Shown piece after piece: positions 58,105 through 64,000 of a DNA stretch of 64,000 nt. Under the pieces are notes generated by a model, which saw only the letters and a program-made list of their open reading frames with translations, did no database searches and had not been told where the DNA came from. Both the position numbers and the translations under genes were made by a program. This DNA is from Octopus vulgaris (lineage: Eukaryota): assembly GCA_951406725.2 (NCBI GenBank), contig OX597827.1:48236001-48300000 (forward strand), given 5' to 3'. The first letter of the stretch is position 1. Each line of letters begins with the position of its first letter.

Positions 58105-58425
58105 TTTGTTTTCTTCTCACTTACTTGTGTCTCTCCTTACTAACCGTCAGCCATTTTGTATTTCTATTGTATGTCTTCATTTGCGCATGCTTATATCTCT
58201 ATGTGCGTCTATGTTTATTTAGTGTGTGTGTGAGGGGGATGCCTGTAATATTTGTATCTTCTGGTTATATACATTCTTGTAATTTGTATTTTGTTTTTGT
58301 TGTTGTTGCTTTTGTTCTAATTTTGTTCATTTGTTTACATCCACCCATTATTATCATTACATATGCTTGTATGTATGTATAACAACAATATTAGTAATAA
58401 TAATAATAAATCTAATTGAAAAAAA

Positions 58426-58490
<65 letters not shown>

Positions 58491-58612
58491 TACATATATA
58501 CACATATACACACACATATACACACATACATACACATATACATATATATAGTTATTCATTTCTATTTCTTTAATTATCTGTGTATTTATTATGTTTGCAG
58601 GATCCACTATCG

Positions 58613-60470
58613 TCATATGTTGTGGTGTGCGCTATTGCTCCATTCTAGTTTTCTATTCAGGCTAGGTTTATTTTCTATTATATGTGTAGCTTCTGTAATT
58701 TGTCTAATTGTTGCATCTGTTCTATGTGTGGACAGTATCTTAATCTCTATGTTATTGATTGATCCCCCGTGTTCTTGTTCAACGTGTTGGTACAGAATCG
58801 ATGAGCTTTTACCTTCCTTGAGTTGTCTCCAATGTCATTCACCCGCTCACCAATGCTTCTTGCTGTTTCCCCTACGTATGTTACTGTCTTGTTACTGCAT
58901 CGTCCCTCTATACATCTTATACTATAGACCACATTTCTGGCTTTACAGTTTGTTTGTGGGCTAAATCTACATACAGTGCAATAGTTATCCGTACAGAGAG
59001 TTCTACTAAAAGGATAGCTTCTACCAATTATAGATCTGATAGGGTTGCCTGGCTTTTCAACAACCTTAATTCTTAGTTTAAGTTTATCTAGGGTCCTTCT
59101 AAAGCGGTACGCCAGTTCACCTCCAGGGGTGGTGTCAACGAACATGACACTCTGGTATTTATGGCTATCATACCAAGAGTTGGCCTTCCCTATTTTCTTT
59201 TTTGTCCTTTCTATAGTGTTCCATGACTTGTTCCTATAGAGTGGGCAAATCCCATTCCTATCATTACATAATATATTATCAAATTTCTTCATGGCTCCTT
59301 TGTATACTCTGACCCTTTCTTTATGGCTGTAACCTGAGAACTGCATGCGGTGAATGAAATACTGTATGTGTCTCTTTAATTCTGTAGGCTCGCACATGCG
59401 TGACACATTTCTCATTATTCTGACGAGGTCTGCCATCAAAATATTGAATTTGGCATTGCCCGCAATGGCTGAGTTCCGGTGGATCAGGTATTTTGAGGCC
59501 ATAGGTTTTGCATAGTATGAATGAAGGATTTGGGTTTTATTTTTCACAATTTCTAGCCAGAGTTCAGTGTCTAGTACTGGTAGTCTATGGTTGGGGTGTT
59601 TAGTGGGGTAGTCTATTGTGACCTTAATACTCTGGTGGATGGAGTTAGCTATTTGCTGGATGCTCTCCATAGTATTAGTTTCTATTACTATATCAACATT
59701 ACTCTCTTGTGGGGGTGCCTTTACTACTATATTGATATCATCAACATAGCGAGAGTACATGTTTACGAGTATGGATTTCTGCAGTAGGCATTCTTTAAGC
59801 CTTCTGTCCCACCATACCATGAAGAGGTTGGCCACATCACCAGCGATACTAACACCGATGGCTGCCCCCTCGTCCTGGGCATATATTTTATTATTAAATT
59901 TAAATGTGTGGCCTTTTAGGGTAACTCTTATACTAGCTCCTAGTGCATGTGCGATCATTTTCTTTACCTGATGGACATTTGCGGGGCTCCGTATGGCTCT
60001 GGTCCATCCGCGCCATCTTTCTATATGTGTCTTCCTAGCCATAGAAGTAATTGTAGGCGGTCTACCTCTTAAACATCTACTGGGGCAGAAACTACTAAGA
60101 TTATGTTTATCTAAGTATTCACTATTATATGTCAGTCTAAGTAGGAGCCCAGTTCTTCTGTGTCGATATTACAGAACTCCACCTGGCTCTCGTTGATCAT
60201 CTCCACGCACTTCTCCACTGCAAAATCTACGTCAATCGATGGGTATAGGGATACCACATCCATGCTACCTACTATACATCCTGTCAAGTCACAAGTTTTG
60301 TTACAGTCACTGATCCTGCTTAGGAGATCTTCTGTGCTGTCACACACATCAGGTGACATCCTTATTATAGGGCGTATGATCATTGAGAGGAAGTAGGAGA
60401 TTCTGTAATTGCTAGCGATATTCGCTCCACAGACTGGTCTTGTTGGTGGTCCTGCTATAGGGTCAGTAAA
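58613..60470 (-). pseudogene. PLE polyprotein (RT plus C-terminal GIY-YIG endonuclease), 5'-truncated, two frameshifts (~60140 and ~58835)
   Basis: PTRPVCG, SMDVVSLYPSI, YAQDEGAAIG..IAGDVANLFM, YSRYVDD, LPVLD, YYAKPM, C..C..NCKARNVVYSIRC..YVGETARS; shifted frame HWRQL...RQITEATHI...LNRKLEW. Confidence 0.93.
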
Positions 60471-61628
60471 ACTTGTAAACATGTACTCTCGCTATGTTGA
60501 TGATATCAATATAGTAGTAAAGGCACCCCCACAAGAGAGTAATGTTGATATAGTAATAGAAACTAATACTATGGAGAGCATCCAGCAAATAGCTAACTCC
60601 ATCCACCAGAGTATTAAGGTCACAATAGACTACCCCACTAAACACCCCAACCATAGACTACCAGTACTAGACACTGAACTCTGGCTAGAAATTGTGAAAA
60701 ATAAAACCCAAATCCTTCATTCATACTATGCAAAACCTATGGCCTCAAAATACCTGATCCACCGGAACTCAGCCATTGCGGGCAATGCCAAATTCAATAT
60801 TTTGATGGCAGACCTCGTCAGAATAATGAGAAATGTGTCACGCATGTGCGAGCCTACAGAATTAAAGAGACACATACAGTATTTCATTCACCGCATGCAG
60901 TTCTCAGGTTACAGCCATAAAGAAAGGGTCAGAGTATACAAAGGAGCCATGAAGAAATTTGATAATATATTATGTAATGATAGGAATGGGATTTGCCCAC
61001 TCTATAGGAACAAGTCATGGAACACTATAGAAAGGACAAAAAAGAAAATAGGGAAGGCCAACTCTTGGTATGATAGCCATAAATACCAGAGTGTCATGTT
61101 CGTTGACACCACCCCTGGAGGTGAACTGGCGTACCGCTTTAGAAGGACCCTAGATAAACTTAAACTAAGAATTAAGGTTGTTGAAAAGCCAGGCAACCCT
61201 ATCAGATCTATAATTGGTAGAAGCTATCCTTTTAGTAGAACTCTCTGTACGGATAACTATTGCACTGTATGTAGATTTAGCCCACAAACAAACTGTAAAG
61301 CCAGAAATGTGGTCTATAGTATAAGATGTATAGAGGGACGATGCAGTAACAAGACAGTAACATACGTAGGGGAAACAGCAAGAAGCATTGTTGAGCGGGT
61401 GAATGACATTGGAGACAACTCAAGGAAGGTAAAAGCTCATCGATTCTGTACCAACACGCTGAACAAGAACACGGGGGATCAATCAATAACATAGAGATTA
61501 AGATACTGTTCACACATAGAACAGATGCAACAATTAGACAAATTACAGAAGCTACACATATAATAGAAAATAAACCTAGCCTGAATAGAAAACTAGAATG
61601 GAGCAATAGCGCACACCACAACATATGA
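60471..61628 (+). pseudogene. Inverted second copy of PLE ORF 3' half (YVDD to GIY-YIG); frameshift at ~61406
   Basis: Same peptide as the minus copy from VNMYSRYVDD; restored frame ends at TGA 61626-61628. Confidence 0.93.
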
Positions 61629-61750
61629 CGATAGTGGATCCTGCAAACATAATAAATACACAGATAATTAAAGAAATAGAAATGAATAACTATATATATG
61701 TATATGTGTATGTATGTGTGTATATGTGTGTGTATATGTGTATATATGTA

Positions 61751-61809
<59 letters not shown>

Positions 61810-62129
61810 TTTTTTCAATTAGATTTATTATTATTATTACTAATATTGTTGTTATACATACATACAAGCATATGTAATGATAATAATGGGTGGATGTAAA
61901 CAAATGAACAAAATTAGAACAAAAGCAACAACAACAAAAACAAAATACAAATTACAAGAATGTATATAACCAGAAGATACAAATATTACAGGCATCCCCC
62001 TCACACACACACTAAATAAACATAGACGCACATAGAGATATAAGCATGCGCAAATGAAGACATACAATAGAAATACAAAATGGCTGACGGTTAGTAAGGA
62101 GAGACACAAGTAAGTGAGAAGAAAACAAA

Positions 62130-62174
62130 GGACCACTGATGCGGTCACAGGAGTGTGACGAAAGAACTTTGGCC
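62130..62174 (+). ncRNA. Variant minimal type I hammerhead motif in PLE 3' repeat (right arm)
   Basis: GGACCA-CTGATGC-G-GTCACA ggag TGTGAC-GAAAG aa CTT-TGGCC; A9 replaced by C. Confidence 0.55.
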
Positions 62175-62542
62175 GAAATAAGATTAAGATTAATGTAAAA
62201 AATAAATATCACTGAAGCAAAATAACACCAAATATATAGTGCGTGTGTTTTTATTGGCTAAACTGGCAATATGACCATTCCGAAATATAACAATATCTGT
62301 TTCAACACACGACTTCACATAAAAAATCTTGCACAACAAATATTTAAACGTATATATATATACTAAGTAATTAAGGGTTTAGCAACGATTTGCCTCACCA
62401 CACACCGAGTTTAGAAATAGCAGTCAAAGAGTTATAGCTATTCTTTCTACTAAAAGGGAGATCTCAGTAAAAAACACAGCACTTAGAACGCAAACGCAGG
62501 CAAGAGAGAAAGAAATGACGACAATCATACTATATTAAGTCA

Positions 62543-62633
62543 CCTACGGACGTACGTTTCGAAATTAAGTTTTAGGAAAGCATAAGAATTAGATAATTAT
62601 GTCTTACCCAACTATTTTTCTCATCAGCGTAGG
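62543..62633 (-). ncRNA. Type I hammerhead ribozyme (antisense arm copy)
   Basis: Reverse complement of 62766-62856. Confidence 0.85.
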
Positions 62634-62765
62634 ACTCTACAATTATGAATAATTGTATTTAGCTCGCTCTGATACTATGAGTTTAGCTCGCTCTGATACT
62701 ATGAGTTGAGGTGATGTCTTCTAGTACCTCCAAATTTAATATACAATTATTTATAATTGTAGAGT

Positions 62766-62856
62766 CCTACGCTGATGAGAAAAATAGTTGGGTAAGACAT
62801 AATTATCTAATTCTTATGCTTTCCTAAAACTTAATTTCGAAACGTACGTCCGTAGG
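62766..62856 (+). ncRNA. Type I hammerhead ribozyme, canonical core, predicted cleavage after GUC at 62850
   Basis: CCTACG-CTGATGA-[GAAA...60 nt...TTTC]-GAAAC-GTAC-GTC-CGTAGG: 6-bp stem I, long stem II, 2-bp stem III with palindromic GTAC loop. Confidence 0.88.
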
Positions 62857-63145
62857 TGACTTAATATAGTATGATTGTCGTCATTTCTTTCTCTCTTGCC
62901 TGCGTTTGCCTTCTAAGTGCTGTGTTTTTTACTGAGATCTCCCTTTTAGTAGAAAGAATAGCTATAACTCTTTGACTGCTATTTCTAAACTCGGTGTGTG
63001 GTGAGGCAAATCGTTGCTAAACCCTTAATTACTTAGTATTACTTAAACTTTCCTCTAATGGGGCTTTTACATGCCGAAATCTACTTGGTGAAATTAATGA
63101 TTATTCCAAATTAATTAATTTTACCCTATATTATTACTGATATAT

Positions 63146-63189
<44 letters not shown>

Positions 63190-63259
63190 GTGTGTGTATA
63201 TGCTTGCGTATGTTTGTTCATATATGTATGTATATATATGTGTGTGTGTATGTGTATGT

Positions 63260-63295
<36 letters not shown>

Positions 63296-63347
63296 GTATG
63301 TTTTATACATATATCTATATATAGATGTGTGTTTGCGTATGTATGTA

Positions 63348-63500
63348 TGCAAATCGACCCCAGGACTTATTCTTTGTAAGCCTAGCACTTATTCTATGGG
63401 GCTCTTTTGCCGAACCGCTACGCTATAGAGAACGTAAAGACACCATCATCGGTTGTCAAACGTTGTTGAGGGAACAAACAGTGACATACAAACATATACA
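63348..63500 (-). mobile_element. SINE family C fragment
   Basis: AAATCGACCCCAGGACTTATTCTTTGTAAGCCTAG...TTTTGCCGAACCGCTA. Confidence 0.75.
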
Positions 63501-64000
63501 CACACATACATACATATATGTTATCGACTTGTTGCGAGCTCCTTGGGGATCATGAGGGGAGCTACTGCCATCTGAAATCCGTGTCGTATCGTCCCTGACT
63601 CTGTTTGTGTGTGTTTGAATATGTGTATATGCATGTGTGCATGGTGTATGTGTGTTTATATATATGTTTCTATGCATATATTTATATATAGATGTCTGTA
63701 AGTATGTATGCATGCATGTATTTATATATATATATATGTATGTATGTGTCTGTGTGGGAGGTGTGAGTATATATATATGTTTTTATACGTATATTTCAAT
63801 ATATAAATGTGCGTGCGTATGTTTGTATGCATATATGTACTTGTATATATATATGAATATATACGCATACACATGCATGCACATACACGCAAATACAAAC
63901 ACACATACATACACACCGCACGCACACACACCGCACATACACACACATCTAAATATATGGAGAATGAATTTAATGTTGCTGTGTGTATATATATGCTTTT

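Larger units (their letters stand above)
57938..62350. mobile_element. Penelope-like retroelement in fold-back (3'-ends-outward) configuration
   Basis: Arms 57938-59770 and 60471-62296 are near-identical reverse complements; 700-bp unique RT spacer; 54-bp extra tail 62297-62350; (TA)n on both sides. Confidence 0.95.
62360..63140 (+). mobile_element. Non-coding fold-back element (299-bp arms 62360-62658 / 62741-63039, 101-bp tail) with hammerhead ribozymes; PLE-dependent or retrozyme-like
   Basis: Arms near-identical; 24-bp tandem duplication in spacer; (TA)n on both sides; relative at 28112-28460. Confidence 0.85.

Noticed and set aside
60409-61494. 361-aa ORF as an intact gene
   Set aside because: The first ~21 codons are antisense of the other arm; it lacks the N-terminal RT motifs and is frameshifted in the GIY-YIG domain

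Overview
AT-rich, microsatellite-saturated eukaryotic DNA with no recognisable host protein-coding exon. The SINE and simple-repeat content resembles an octopus (coleoid cephalopod) genome, but that is inference. Almost all listed ORFs are microsatellite artefacts. The real content is mobile DNA: tRNA-head SINEs, decayed L1/Tx1, CR1-like and R4/Dong-like LINEs, Tc1/mariner remnants, a solo LTR, a MITE nested in a SINE and a Helentron-like element. The highlight is a Penelope-like retroelement (PLE) system sitting in (TA)n tracts. It includes a very young 4.4-kb fold-back PLE (57938-62350; RT plus C-terminal GIY-YIG, two near-identical 1.8-kb inverted arms sharing one frameshift) and an adjacent non-coding fold-back element carrying a canonical type I hammerhead ribozyme on each strand (62360-63140). 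Several other short insertions share the same 'inverted arm + forward copy + unpaired 3' tail' architecture or carry minimal hammerhead motifs. Boundaries of decayed repeats are approximate.
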